From Carpediemonas membranifera BICM (taxonomy: Eukaryota; Protista; Fornicata): a stretch of DNA of 64,000 nt. How positions within the stretch are numbered: position 1 is the stretch's first letter; each line of letters begins with the position of its first letter. The notes beneath the pieces are model-generated. The model saw only the letters and a program-made list of their open reading frames with translations, was not told where the DNA came from and made no database searches. The stretch covers positions 271,100 to 335,099 of the forward strand of contig JAHDYR010000005.1 of the NCBI GenBank assembly GCA_019828565.1. The letters are read 5' to 3'. Position numbers and translations under genes: made by a program. Of this stretch, positions 10,929 through 22,062 are shown one piece after another.

Positions 10929-12140
10929 ATGTTGATCCAACCGCAACCTAGACTGAATCAGTTTACTCTTCAAGAAGCCCAAAGCTTCACCAGACAATTC
11001 AGGTTCTTCAAAACCCACTACACCACGGCTCAAAACAGCCCCACAGTTCTCCAGTGCCTCACTCTTAACCAAATCGAACACCTCCGTTTCACCTCTGGTG
11101 TAGAGAACCTGGAAACTTCATCCGACGACGAACTTTTGGACCTCATCAACCGTGTTTGTCGCCCCCGTACATTAGCCGCCACCATCCGCGCTATTGAGGC
11201 TCTTCAGCAGGATACCAAAATCTCCACCCTCGAAGGAGTCTCCAAACTCATCGCCGAGTTCCGCGAATGGCGCTCCCATGCCCAGAAGCTCCTCTCTGAC
11301 ACCGACGACGCTGAAGAAAGCGATTCAGAGAGTGACCCCGACATTCAGGCCCTTAATGCCACACTGCAAGGCCAGAATGAGCGTCAGGACAACCCAGAAC
11401 CCGAAAGCAAGAACCCGCCGCCCACTCAGACTCCGAGCGCCCACCGTGGTCTTGATAAGATCATTACGAAGCTCTTCTTCAAGGCCCTTCGCCCTAGATC
11501 TCTGTCCACCGCCGTCGAACGCGACTGGCAGCTGCAAGGCCGCCGCCACGGGTTCGAGAAGCTACTCTCAACGACCCGATCCAGGCTCATCGACGCCATC
11601 GACGCAAAGGAGGAGCACGGAGACATCATCGAGAATCTCTCAACGCTCTCCGTCAGCGCCCCCGTCACCAAGACGCCCGCCACTCGCCCGCCTAGAGGCC
11701 CCCAGGCCCATGCTCCTGCGGCAAGTGGCATTGGAAGTCGGACTGCCCCCAGCGTGCCCACAACACCGGCAGGGCAGGCCAAAGGAACACCCAAGCCCAT
11801 GCCCCCGCCAGTTCAGGCGCCCAAGCCGCTGGCGGAAACTCATCCGGCGCCTCCACGGCGCCGCCCAAGCCGACCCCCAACAACGCCGAAAATAGACCCA
11901 CGCCCCACTCAGGCACCTCAGGGGAGCGCCGCGCCGGCCACATGCACCTGCGCGATCGCTCTCAACTTCACAACTCACGCCAAGTCAACAACGTCGATTG
12001 CAACGAGGTTCAGAACGAAAGTTGCAATTACGGCGCAGCTTTCACGGTTTCGGGCTCTATTAATGAGCAAGAGCAACAACTCACCATCGATAGCGGCTCC
12101 GCGGTCACCATTGTTTCACGTTCGATCGCAAACCGCCTGA
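10929..12140 (+). CDS. gypsy B gag
   Basis: First ORF after the 5' LTR; helical region followed by a Pro-rich region. Confidence 0.75.
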   Translation: MLIQPQPRLNQFTLQEAQSFTRQFRFFKTHYTTAQNSPTVLQCLTLNQIEHLRFTSGVENLETSSDDELLDLINRVCRPRTLAATIRAIEALQQDTKISTLEGVSKLIAEFREWRSHAQKLLSDTDDAEESDSESDPDIQALNATLQGQNERQDNPEPESKNPPPTQTPSAHRGLDKIITKLFFKALRPRSLSTAVERDWQLQGRRHGFEKLLSTTRSRLIDAIDAKEEHGDIIENLSTLSVSAPVTKTPATRPPRGPQAHAPAASGIGSRTAPSVPTTPAGQAKGTPKPMPPPVQAPKPLAETHPAPPRRRPSRPPTTPKIDPRPTQAPQGSAAPATCTCAIALNFTTHAKSTTSIATRFRTKVAITAQLSRFRALLMSKSNNSPSIAAPRSPLFHVRSQTA

Positions 12141-15100
12141 AAATGGAAGAGCACGCCGCAGAGAAGCCATTTACCGTCCATACCGCCACACAACAAGAGG
12201 TTCTCATCACTCACTACGTCAAAGCCCGCGTAACACTCCCCAGCACATCTGGCAAGGTTATCGTCAACGACCTGGTGTTGTACCTGATGGACCGTCACAC
12301 AGGTGTCCTCATCGGCTGCGACACGCTCAGGAAGCTTGGGTACCTTTCTGACCGCGGACTCTACATTCCCCTCGTCCCGGACACACGTCCCGATGATGCG
12401 ACGGACGGACTCCCCCAACACCGCTACCTCGACGCTGAGGTCAACGCCGTAACCCCTACACCCGTCGGCGATCCTTTCAGCAGTGCATGCGAGGTCTTAG
12501 AGCTATCCACGCCAGAGCATACAGCGGAGCTCCACGCCATCCTCCGACAGTATGATCACCTCTTTGACCCGGTCATCGCCAAGGAGCCTTGCTCATTCGC
12601 CCCTATGAGCATCAAGCTCTATGAGAACGCTCCTCCCATCCGCATGCGACCCCGGAACATACACCCGGACAAGCTCGAGTGGCTCCTACCCTACGTCGAG
12701 AAGCTACGCCTCGATGGCATCACTCAGCCTTCAGAAGGCCCATACGCCAGCCCAATCGTACTCGTTGCTAAGGGTGAAGCCTATCGCCTCTGCATAGACT
12801 ACACCAAGCTGAACTCTTGGACGGTACCCGACCACCACCCCATCCCGAACATGCGTGACCTACTACACCTCGCCTCCGGCTGCGGCCGCTTCGCCTGCTT
12901 AGACCTCACGTCAGGCTACTGGCAGGTCGCCATGTCACACCAAGACACACCCAAGACAGCCTTCACAGCGCCTGGCGTTTATGAAGAGTTCAAACGCATG
13001 CCCTTTGGCCTCTGCAATGCCCCAAGCCATTTCCAACGCGAGATAGAGACGCTCTTAGCACCCCACCTCTACAAGGGCATCAACCCTTACATTGACGACA
13101 TCTTCCTCTACGCGAAGGACGACGATGACTTCCTCCGTCTCCTCAGGGCCCTCTTCGAGAAGGCAGACCTCGCAAACCTCCGCTTTAGCGCCCCGAAATG
13201 CGTGTTCGGGACTAAGCGAGCCGTCATGGTTGGCTTCATAGTCGACCAGGAGGGCATACATGTGGACCCCAAGCGCACACAGGCCTTGCGAGACCTCCCC
13301 TCCCCCACCAACGTGCATGAGCTGCGAACTGTCCTGGGACAGTTTCAGTTCCTCGCCTCGTTTACAACACATCACCGTCATGAGCTTATGAAGCCTCTCA
13401 CCGACCTCCTCCAGAAGGACTGTCCATGGGACTGGACGGAGGAGCGAGAGAAGGCCTTCATCGAGCTCAAGGCACTCTTCACAGACGACCTATACATCGC
13501 CCACCCAGACCCAGCCGCCGACTGGATCCTGGAGACCGACGCCTCGAACGTTGGAGCGGGCGGTGTGCTGTGGCAAGTGAAAGATGACTCAACTCAGGTC
13601 TTAGCGTACTACTCACACACCTTTAACGCAACCCAGTCACGCTGGGCGACCTGCGAACAAGAGCTCTTCGCGATTGTGTTCTGCCTGACGCACCCCAGCT
13701 TGACCCAGCTCCTCAGACTCAAGCACTTCAAGCTCCGCACTGACCACAGCAACCTCATCTATATGCTGTATAAGTCATCCATGAACGATAAGATTAATCG
13801 TTGGAGACTCACCCTAGCAGACTTCCGGTTCGACATCGAGCATGTCCCAGGCCAACATAACACCGTTGCGGATGCCCTCAGCCGTTGTGGCCACGTCCCT
13901 GTCCCCGTTGCCGCGCTCAAAATCACAACAGACCCCCGGTACACGGAACAGCTCGCCAAACACCAGAGCACGGACCCGACAACCAGCAACATCACGCCGG
14001 ACGCTGACGGCCTCCGCCGCAAGGACGGCTTAGTAGTCATACCGAAAGAGAAGTGCTTACCACTCCGCCGGGAGCTCATGACAATCGCCCATCGCGGCCA
14101 CCATGGCGTCGCTGCCACCTTGTCCCGACTCAAGCGAGAGGGATACACTTGGTCAGGCTGTGAGGCTGACATCGAAGCGTTCATAGCCGAGTGTGACGAG
14201 TGTCAGAAGGCCCGCCTACGGAACTTTGCGGAAGCGACGATGCAGACGACGGCAGTTTACAAACCTTTCCACACTGTCGCCGTAGACACAATTGGCCCGA
14301 TCCCCTCTGACGCATACGGCGCACGCTACATAACCGTCATGGTTGACATGTTCTCGCGTTACACCGAGCTCGCAGCCACTCAGGAGAACACGGCTGACGC
14401 CGCCGCCAACGCTATCTGGACCCAGGTCATCACCCGTCATGGTACCCCACTCTTCGTCAAGTCAGACAATGGCCCAGAGTACACCGGCAAGATCGTCCAG
14501 ACACTCCTCGAGAACGCCGAGATTACCCAACAGTTCACACTTCCATACCATCCGCAGTCAAACGGCCTAGTAGAGCGCCGCAACGCGGAAGTGATGAAGC
14601 TGGTGCGATGCCTGGCGCTGCAGTTTGACAAGTTCGACAATTGGAGCACCCTCTTGCCTGTCGTTCAACTCCTCCTCAACACCACCATCTGCTCAGCGAC
14701 CGGTATCACCCCGCACGCAATGCTGTACGGCGACCACATGGACCCAAGCGCCACCGTCGCAAAGATCATCAACGCCACAGCCTCCACACCAGACACACCT
14801 ATTTCAACGGCTGCCATCTACGTCAAACAACTTCGAGGCCATCTCGATAAGCTTGCCTCTAGGGCGGCCGAGAGACAGAAGTCAACCGTCGAAAAGCGCC
14901 TGAGTAAGCGCAACGCCGACCGCGAAGACACCCCCTTCCATGCGGGTGACCTGGCCCTTCTCAACAGAACCAAGACACCTAAGCTGCACGGCTTCAAGGG
15001 CCCCTTTAAGATCCTCGCAATCCTAGACAACCACGCAGTCCGCCTCGTAGACCTGTTCGAGGGTGAGCCATTCGTGGCCCACCGGGACCAGCTCATCCGT

Positions 15101-15370
15101 TTCAAGACACGCAGCGGCCTTCAGCGCCTCAAGGCCCTGGCCGCCTCGGACGACCAGTCGTACGAAGTCGAAGATATCAAGAAGCACCGCCGTAAGAACG
15201 GCACGCTCGAACTACTGACCCAGTGGGTCGGGTATGACGAGCCCACGTGGGAGCCGGCCTCCAACCTGCGACACGTTGCCGTTGCCCGCGACTATCTCAA
15301 GAAGCATAAGCTCAAGCTTAGGGAGGCAGGATGTGACGCGGTCCACTCCCTCTTCTTCCCCGCAGTTTAA
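11942..15370 (+). CDS. gypsy B pol (PR-RT-RH-IN-chromodomain), stop codon inside the 3' LTR
   Basis: IDSGS, YIDD, TDAS, DDE integrase, YEVEDI..QWVGY..TWEP. Confidence 0.95.
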   Translation: MHLRDRSQLHNSRQVNNVDCNEVQNESCNYGAAFTVSGSINEQEQQLTIDSGSAVTIVSRSIANRLKMEEHAAEKPFTVHTATQQEVLITHYVKARVTLPSTSGKVIVNDLVLYLMDRHTGVLIGCDTLRKLGYLSDRGLYIPLVPDTRPDDATDGLPQHRYLDAEVNAVTPTPVGDPFSSACEVLELSTPEHTAELHAILRQYDHLFDPVIAKEPCSFAPMSIKLYENAPPIRMRPRNIHPDKLEWLLPYVEKLRLDGITQPSEGPYASPIVLVAKGEAYRLCIDYTKLNSWTVPDHHPIPNMRDLLHLASGCGRFACLDLTSGYWQVAMSHQDTPKTAFTAPGVYEEFKRMPFGLCNAPSHFQREIETLLAPHLYKGINPYIDDIFLYAKDDDDFLRLLRALFEKADLANLRFSAPKCVFGTKRAVMVGFIVDQEGIHVDPKRTQALRDLPSPTNVHELRTVLGQFQFLASFTTHHRHELMKPLTDLLQKDCPWDWTEEREKAFIELKALFTDDLYIAHPDPAADWILETDASNVGAGGVLWQVKDDSTQVLAYYSHTFNATQSRWATCEQELFAIVFCLTHPSLTQLLRLKHFKLRTDHSNLIYMLYKSSMNDKINRWRLTLADFRFDIEHVPGQHNTVADALSRCGHVPVPVAALKITTDPRYTEQLAKHQSTDPTTSNITPDADGLRRKDGLVVIPKEKCLPLRRELMTIAHRGHHGVAATLSRLKREGYTWSGCEADIEAFIAECDECQKARLRNFAEATMQTTAVYKPFHTVAVDTIGPIPSDAYGARYITVMVDMFSRYTELAATQENTADAAANAIWTQVITRHGTPLFVKSDNGPEYTGKIVQTLLENAEITQQFTLPYHPQSNGLVERRNAEVMKLVRCLALQFDKFDNWSTLLPVVQLLLNTTICSATGITPHAMLYGDHMDPSATVAKIINATASTPDTPISTAAIYVKQLRGHLDKLASRAAERQKSTVEKRLSKRNADREDTPFHAGDLALLNRTKTPKLHGFKGPFKILAILDNHAVRLVDLFEGEPFVAHRDQLIRFKTRSGLQRLKALAASDDQSYEVEDIKKHRRKNGTLELLTQWVGYDEPTWEPASNLRHVAVARDYLKKHKLKLREAGCDAVHSLFFPAV

Positions 15371-16929
15371 GTAAATCGTTCAACGTCCCAGCACACATAC
15401 ACGACTTAAGGAGCATCAATTCCTACCTAGAGGCAAGGAAGTTCAGAATGGAGGGCCTCGGAGAGGTCGCGAAGACAATACTACCTGGCGACTCGATGAT
15501 AGCGATGGATTTTCGCAAAGGGTACTACCAACTCCTACTAGAGGAGGAGGCCAAGAACTGGGCCGGCTTCGAGCTTGACGGGAGATTCTTCCAGTTCAAG
15601 GTCCTACCATTTGGGCTTTCCACAGCCCCACGGACTTTCCAACAGGTCTCGAAGCATGCCGCTAGATTTATTGCGGAGTCCCTGCAGCTAAGGATAGTCG
15701 TCTATCTAGACGACTGGCTGATAGCGCACAATTCGCAGAGATACCTTGAGAGCATTCTTCCGCAGTTTTTGTCGATGCTCACAAACTTCGGCATCGCTGT
15801 GAACCAGGACAAGTCAATATGGACGCCATCAAAGCAAGTGAAGTACCTCGGAATGATGTTGAACTCACAATCCATGACCTTCGTGCTCCCCGACGACAAA
15901 CGGGACAAGTATCTGCAAGAAGTGCAACAACTCATGAGAGCCAAGCGCTTTATCAAGAAGGACCTTCAGAAGCTTATCGGGAAGCTGAATTTCACCAGAT
16001 TCGCCATCGGAGATGCCGCGCTCGTCATGCTGCGGGAGCTGATGATTTTGAGTTCAGCCCTATCGAGGAGGAAGGACTTCAGGTTCGGACGAGAGACCCT
16101 CAACAGCGCCACCAGAGCGGATCTAGCGTGGTGGGAGACAACACTCAAGACGAGATGCGAGAGCCCCATGACAATACCGAACTTCGACGCGAGAGTGGAG
16201 TCAGACGCATCAGACTCAGCCGGAGGGGCCGTAATCTTCACGGCGACAGGCACACACCAGATAGAAGCATCCCTTCCGCGCCACCTACACATCACCGCCA
16301 AGGAGACACTCATGGGAGTGCGCGGGGTCAAGGCAGCACTGCAGGCGGGAGCACGGAGCATATGGCTCGTGACAGACTCATCAGCAGCGAAGGCCTGGGT
16401 GCAGGTCAGCTCAACAAGAGCCCCGAAGGAGGTCAGACAGGAGGTGAGAGCCCTCTGGCTTCGTCTTACACGAGCACGAGCGACGCTGAGGACATTCTAC
16501 TCGAAGGGCAGCACGAACTGGAATGCAGACTATCTGTCACGCCGGAGCACTGGATCGTTTGCTCCCTGGATGGCACCAGACTCAGTCCTGTTGGAGACAG
16601 CAGCCCGGTGGGGCACGGTGGAGGCGGTCCTGACGGACTCCCCCTGGACGGAGACGATAGCGAGAGACTGGACAGCTGGGCGCTTCCTGTTGATGCCCCA
16701 GATGAAGCAGATAGACCAGGCAGTGCAGCGGCTTGCCACGATAGCTCGATCCTCAACAGTACCACCAGCTCTGCAGACGGAGGGGGTCTGGATCATAGTC
16801 CCGCAGGTCAAAGCCAACTACTATGTGACGTTGACGGCTATGTCGCAGCGGCGAAGATCCTACAAGATCAGCAGGACTCAGTGCTTGGGGAGTCCCATGG
16901 AGAAGATCCTTGGTCCGAGAGAGTCGATG

Positions 16930-18005
16930 AGCGTCACGTGTTTTTGGATCGCGACTTCAGGGCCGCGGGCCTGGTCAGACGAACCGGACAACCGCGAGTG
17001 CAGAGACGACCCAACCGGAACCTAGTCATCCCAGCAGAGTTCCGAACTCGCATAGAACCGTCCCTGGAGCTGATAGGGAAGGCACAGACGACCAAGGAGG
17101 ACATCATACGCGAGACCTTTGCTTTCAGAAAGTGGGCAACGGAGCCACGAGAGGAGGTCACCCTCCCGGCGGGACTGGAGAAGATTAGACAGGCCATCCG
17201 AGCTGTAGGTGACCCCCTTTGGGACTACATGACCCATGAAGCGCTCGAGATGAGCGGCGGAAGACTGACCACCAAGTTCTCCCGCATCACCATAGGCCTG
17301 AGAGCCCTCGGCTCCCCTAGACGAGAGAACCCTTATGACAGCAAGGTCATCAAGGCGATCGCCAAGGAGGCATCAGCGTCGCTCGAGTCGCAGCTAAGAA
17401 GGACTGGCCGTGCCCTCCCCATCTCGTGGGCGCAGATATGCCATGCCATAGATCGATATGACGGAGAGCAGACGCCACAGTTGACACAGGCCATTGCCCT
17501 AGCGACCCTGACATTCTCGACGGTTTCCCGAATGGGTGAGATCTTGGCTCTGAGACGGAGCGACATCACATGGGAGGGTGGTCACCTAATCATTCGACTG
17601 GAGAGAACAAAGACGCGGCAGAACGTCCTCAAGATGGTACCACAGAGTCGACGGGAGGAGCACTGTCCAACAGCCTGGTTGCTGCGGCACCTGAGTAACG
17701 TGAGAGACGGACCCCTGTGGAGAGGCGCTCCGCTGGCTGGAGTCACGATGGAACTAGCAGGCGGAAGACTCTTGGAGAGAGCGATACTAAGATGGGAGGT
17801 CCAGGAGGACCTTACGGAGTTGCTTCATGTGCCAGTGACACTCCACTCCTTCAGACGAGGAGCAGTGGTTGCCATGATGAAGAAGGGGATACCAGTAACG
17901 GTTATACAGGCGCTTGGCACCTGGGCTTCCCAGGAGAGCGTACTTGCATATTGTGAAGAAGCCCTCAGACTGTCACCGGCTGTAGTGGACCTGACGATCG
18001 ATTAG
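16930..18005 (+). CDS. Y2 tyrosine recombinase (C-terminal part of ORF 15819-18005)
   Basis: SRMGEI, RTKT, HSFRRG, GTW...Y. Confidence 0.9.
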
Positions 18006-18141
18006 GGAACAGTCGTTGGCGTGGCGATGGGATGAAACATCTTCTGGGGGTTGTTAAAGGTAGAACAGTTGTAGTCGTGTGCAACACGCCGTACGGCTCC
18101 GGACACGGGCGTCCGCGGCCCGGCGCTCCCATCATGCGATC

Positions 18142-18218
18142 TGTCGTAGACTCCTTATCATTTAATCAGTTGATGATTACGACACCATTGTTTAAAATGT
18201 TTCCCACCGACAACGTCA
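18142..18218 (+). repeat. solo LTR of gypsy C inside repeat A1
   Basis: Identical to 26418-26494; flanked by GATC on both sides. Confidence 0.92.
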
Positions 18219-18357
18219 GATCCCGCCCCCCGGTTGTGCGGGTCCTACGACCCCACCGGGGCGCCCCGGCGGTCGGACGACGCCCGGCCAGGTGGACCAA
18301 TTCGGAGGGGGAAATTTGAGCGGATCAATTTCCCCGCCCAATCCCCAGGTTTGGCCG

Positions 18358-18885
18358 ATGTCCGTGGAAGAACGCCTTCAGGCGCTTGAAAACCAAGTAG
18401 ATGAGACGAAGGAAGAGAATGCTGCTCTACGTGCTCAGATCGAGCTCCTCGAAGAACAACAGAACGACCTTGAGGACAAGCCGCACTCCGAGCTTATCAA
18501 GAAGGAGTTCGAAGCCTGGGAACGCTTCCAAACGGAGTTTAAGCGCGATGCTAACGGTCTTCCGGACGATGCAACGCTTGGTGACGTGATTGCCCTCGTC
18601 AAGAACTTGGTGGACTTCAGACTGCAATACCTGCTGACACTCGATCGTTTCGGCGAACTCACCGCTAAGACGTTCCGTGTGCAGGCCCAGGGAGTCACTG
18701 GCAAGAAGGCCCTCATGGAGAAGTCATTCAAATCCAAGATGGTGGGCATCAACAAGGTCACGCAGGAGCCCAAGAGAGTCAACAAGAGCTTCAAGCAACC
18801 TGCCAAGATGAGATGCAGCTTCTGCAACCGCCCTGGTCACGCCGCCACTGAGTGCTGGCTCAAGAACCCGCAGCTGAAGAAGTAA
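18358..18885 (+). CDS. Y3 gag with CCHC knuckle
   Basis: Coiled-coil-like N-terminus; CSFCNRPGHAATEC. Confidence 0.88.
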   Translation: MSVEERLQALENQVDETKEENAALRAQIELLEEQQNDLEDKPHSELIKKEFEAWERFQTEFKRDANGLPDDATLGDVIALVKNLVDFRLQYLLTLDRFGELTAKTFRVQAQGVTGKKALMEKSFKSKMVGINKVTQEPKRVNKSFKQPAKMRCSFCNRPGHAATECWLKNPQLKK

Positions 18886-19002
18886 GCCTTTCAGTAAACG
18901 GCTCAAGAGATCAACCCTGTGGTTTTCGGCGTGTATGGGAGACGAGTATTCACCAGGTACGTGTTCACAAGGCTTACACAGGAGGGGCAGGATAAGGAAA
19001 CG

Positions 19003-20886
19003 ATGGAGTGTTGGGAGTCCCAACTAAACGAAGCGCTTAAGCTCAACGCGCAGCCTGTCGTAGGCTCCATCACAAAGCAGGCCGATGTATGGGAGAGGAC
19101 TTCCCCCCCGGCCGAGGTCCTGGCCGCTGTGCGCGGCGTGAGAATCCCAAATTCGGAGATACCGAGTTCCACGCAGCAGAAAACAAGTCCAGAGCTAACA
19201 AAACTCCTAGAAAAGGAGGTGGAAGAGCTCATTCAGCTCGGGGCAGTGGTAGAACTGGACCAACCCCCGAAGGTGATATCGCCGGTCTTTTTGACGCCAA
19301 AATCCGACGGCCAGGCCTGGAGGCTGATACACGACCTTCGAAGCCTCAATGAGCGGATCAGTGCGAAGAAGTTCTCGATGAAGGGACTACAAGAAGTCGC
19401 CACAACTCTACTACCGGGAGATGCTATGATCTCGCTGGACTTTTCAAAGGGGTATTATCAACTCCTACTCCATGAGCCAGACACAGAACTGGCAGGATTC
19501 GCCGTAGGTAATCGTTTATCCACAGCTCCGAGAGCGTTCCAACAGGTATCAAAGTTTGCCGCGAGGTTCATAGGGGACCGGCTGGGCGTCAGGATAGTTG
19601 TCTACCTGGATGACTGGTTGATTCTGCATCAGGATCCTAACTACCTGCGTTCATCAATCCCAGGCATCCTTAATCTGCTAACCTCGTTCGGAGTGGTAGT
19701 GAACCAGAAAAAGGCGATATGGCAGCCCACAACGCAACTAGACTTCCTCGGGGTAACAATAGACTCAAAGGCAATGAAATTCCGCCTCTCGGCGGGAAAG
19801 AGGCAGAAATACTACGATTCCGTTGCAAAGATCCTCAAGGACAGACGGACTCTCTTCAACGACGCTGCAAAGGTGTTAGGAAGGCTAATATTCTGCTCTG
19901 TTTGCGTAGGTCCAGCGGCCCTCGTGCGATCGCGGGAGCTCGCCATCTTCCTCGCGAACGAGAAGAAGAGACACGGCAAGGAGAGTTATCCGCGCTTCAA
20001 GCGGACAGACATGAGCAAGACTGCGGTACGGGACCTCATGTGGTGGGAGAAACGCCTCAAGAAGCTCCCGGAGCGCCACTTGGTCCAGCCAGCACCCACA
20101 ATTCGAATCGAGACCGACGCATCATCACTGGCCGCAGGAGCCACGTGCTTCACCGCAGCAGCGGACCCCAAATCCTGGCAGGCGCCCTTCTCCCCGACGG
20201 AGAAAGCCCTGCACATCACGTCGAAGGAGGCCCTCGCCGCGATTCGGGCGGTACTCCTCTTCGCCGGCGACTGTCAAGAGCCCACGACGGTCCTTCTCAT
20301 GTCCGACAACATGGCAGCAGTCAAGTGGGTGGTCAAATCATCCACGAAGGCGGCACCCAAGGTACGGGAGGAGGCAAGGCGCCTAGCGGACTTCTGCGCA
20401 GCCAGAGGCCACTGCATCGTCGCCAGACACATCCCCGGCGCAATGAACTGGACGGCGGACAGGCTATCGCGGCCTCAAGACGCCCCGTACAGACTGCCCT
20501 TCGAACTGCCCACGGAACTGCTCATGAAGGCGGCCGAGAAGTGGGGGGCACTCGACAGGGACCTGTCCTCGGACGGGGCCGAACTCTTCATGCTCCAAAA
20601 CTGGAGTGGCAGGGTCCTCCTCGCGCCCCCGTCGAAGCTGCTTCCAAGAGTGGCCCAGAGACTCCAGCAGCTGCACAAGCCATGCTCCGACGCGCCAGCT
20701 CTACAGACCAACGGCGTGATGATCGTATACCCGTCGATCAGGAACAACTACAGGCAAACAATCAGGGACGTCGCCACGGCACACTTCGCCATGTCATTCC
20801 CGAAGGACACAGCGCCGAGGGAGTGGCAGGCCCTGGCAGGGCCCCGCTCGCAGGTGCGCACAGAGGTCGCCTGGATCGCGACCTGA
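19003..20886 (+). CDS. Y3 pol; in-frame deletion removes the RT LPFG motif
   Basis: YLDD, TDAS, ADRLSR; GNR-LSTAP versus DGRFFQFKVLPFGLSTAP in Y2. Confidence 0.88.
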   Translation: MECWESQLNEALKLNAQPVVGSITKQADVWERTSPPAEVLAAVRGVRIPNSEIPSSTQQKTSPELTKLLEKEVEELIQLGAVVELDQPPKVISPVFLTPKSDGQAWRLIHDLRSLNERISAKKFSMKGLQEVATTLLPGDAMISLDFSKGYYQLLLHEPDTELAGFAVGNRLSTAPRAFQQVSKFAARFIGDRLGVRIVVYLDDWLILHQDPNYLRSSIPGILNLLTSFGVVVNQKKAIWQPTTQLDFLGVTIDSKAMKFRLSAGKRQKYYDSVAKILKDRRTLFNDAAKVLGRLIFCSVCVGPAALVRSRELAIFLANEKKRHGKESYPRFKRTDMSKTAVRDLMWWEKRLKKLPERHLVQPAPTIRIETDASSLAAGATCFTAAADPKSWQAPFSPTEKALHITSKEALAAIRAVLLFAGDCQEPTTVLLMSDNMAAVKWVVKSSTKAAPKVREEARRLADFCAARGHCIVARHIPGAMNWTADRLSRPQDAPYRLPFELPTELLMKAAEKWGALDRDLSSDGAELFMLQNWSGRVLLAPPSKLLPRVAQRLQQLHKPCSDAPALQTNGVMIVYPSIRNNYRQTIRDVATAHFAMSFPKDTAPREWQALAGPRSQVRTEVAWIAT

Positions 20887-21950
20887 GAGCGGCAGGTATA
20901 CTACTGCCATCACTCACAGACCCCATCGTTGAGGAGACCCCCAGAAGAGAGAGAGGCGAGACAGACCCCACGGTGCGGCACAGAGTCCAAAGCAGCCTCG
21001 CATGCATGCGCTATGTCGAGCGGACTCGAGAGGATATAGCTGCTGAGACAACCGCCTTCCTGCGATACAGAGACGGCCCGAGAGAGTGCAACCCACAACT
21101 ACCACCAGAGCTCCAGTCAGTCTGGGCGCTAGCAAGTCCACATGGCGACCTGCTGTGGAACTATACCATCACTGAGGCACAGTTCGCGGCGGGGCAGCGA
21201 CTCAAAACGAAGTTCAAGTACATCAACCTTGGGCTAGCCGCCATAGGGCAGCCTCGAGAGCCGCGAAGCCTCGACCAGGACGTGATGAAGGCGGTAGCTC
21301 AGGCCGCAGATACCACAAGAGGAGCGCTGCAACGGAAGACCGGCAAGGCGATGCCCCTGCGGTGGGCCGTCATAGAGGCAGGCGTGAAGTCATACGGGGA
21401 GTGTGCGAGGTCCCCACACCTCTCACAAGCGATCGCGCTGGCGCTGCTTACCTTCACCACCGTCTCAAGGCTCGGCGAGACACTCAACCTGAACCGAGAG
21501 GACGTCATGCGATGCGGTGACAGCCTGGTCGTGCGGTTTGCACGCACTAAGACGAGGAGAAATATAGTCAAGGCGGTCCCACGCACAGACGACGCTACAT
21601 GCCCGACGAAGTGGCTGCTACGCCACCTGAGAAACGTCCCCTCAGGGCCGTTATGGAGAAGAACAGTGGCAGACGGGCTGACAATGGAGAACTCCACAGA
21701 GCAACTTAGAGACGAACGAGCGGTCAGATGGGAGGTCCTCGAGGACATGGCAGAGCTTCTGCACACTTCGATCACGGGGCACTCGTTCAGGAGAGGGGCA
21801 GCAGTCGAACTTATTCTCAACGGCACACCGCTCACGGTAGCCCAAGCTCTCGGGACATGGCGAGACCCAAACTCCGTACTCGGGTACGTAGAGGAGGCGG
21901 TTAGGCTAGCTCCAGATCTAGTAGCAGCGACAATCCCACGGACACGGTGA
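20850..21950 (+). CDS. Y3 tyrosine recombinase (C-terminal part of ORF 19719-21950)
   Basis: SRLGET, RTKT, HSFRRG, GTW...Y. Confidence 0.9.
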   Translation, partial: AGAHRGRLDRDLRAAGILLPSLTDPIVEETPRRERGETDPTVRHRVQSSLACMRYVERTREDIAAETTAFLRYRDGPRECNPQLPPELQSVWALASPHGDLLWNYTITEAQFAAGQRLKTKFKYINLGLAAIGQPREPRSLDQDVMKAVAQAADTTRGALQRKTGKAMPLRWAVIEAGVKSYGECARSPHLSQAIALALLTFTTVSRLGETLNLNREDVMRCGDSLVVRFARTKTRRNIVKAVPRTDDATCPTKWLLRHLRNVPSGPLWRRTVADGLTMENSTEQLRDERAVRWEVLEDMAELLHTSITGHSFRRGAAVELILNGTPLTVAQALGTWRDPNSVLGYVEEAVRLAPDLVAATIPRTR

Positions 21951-22062
21951 TGGGATGGAACATCCTTTCGCTTTGTAATCTGATCGTGGTAATCGTGCCT
22001 AGCACGATGCCGTACGGCTCCGGACACGGGCGTCCGCGGCCCGGCGCTCCCATCATGCGATC

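Larger units (their letters stand above)
10847..15395 (+). mobile_element. gypsy chromodomain element B
   Basis: Identical 64-bp TG..CA LTRs at 10847-10910 and 15332-15395; CATA TSD; PPT. Confidence 0.96.
10523..17025 (+). pseudogene. Y2 pol (RT-RNaseH-MT-like), split into 10523-10846 and 15400-17025
   Basis: Removing gypsy B restores SWRLIHDLRSIN; LPFGL, YLDD, SDAS, ADYLSR. Confidence 0.9.
3790..18087 (+). mobile_element. YR retrotransposon Y2, interrupted by gypsy A and gypsy B
   Basis: gag and pol reading frames are restored when the nested insertions and their TSDs are removed; YR ends at 18005; B-type repeat at ~18036-18088. Confidence 0.85.
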
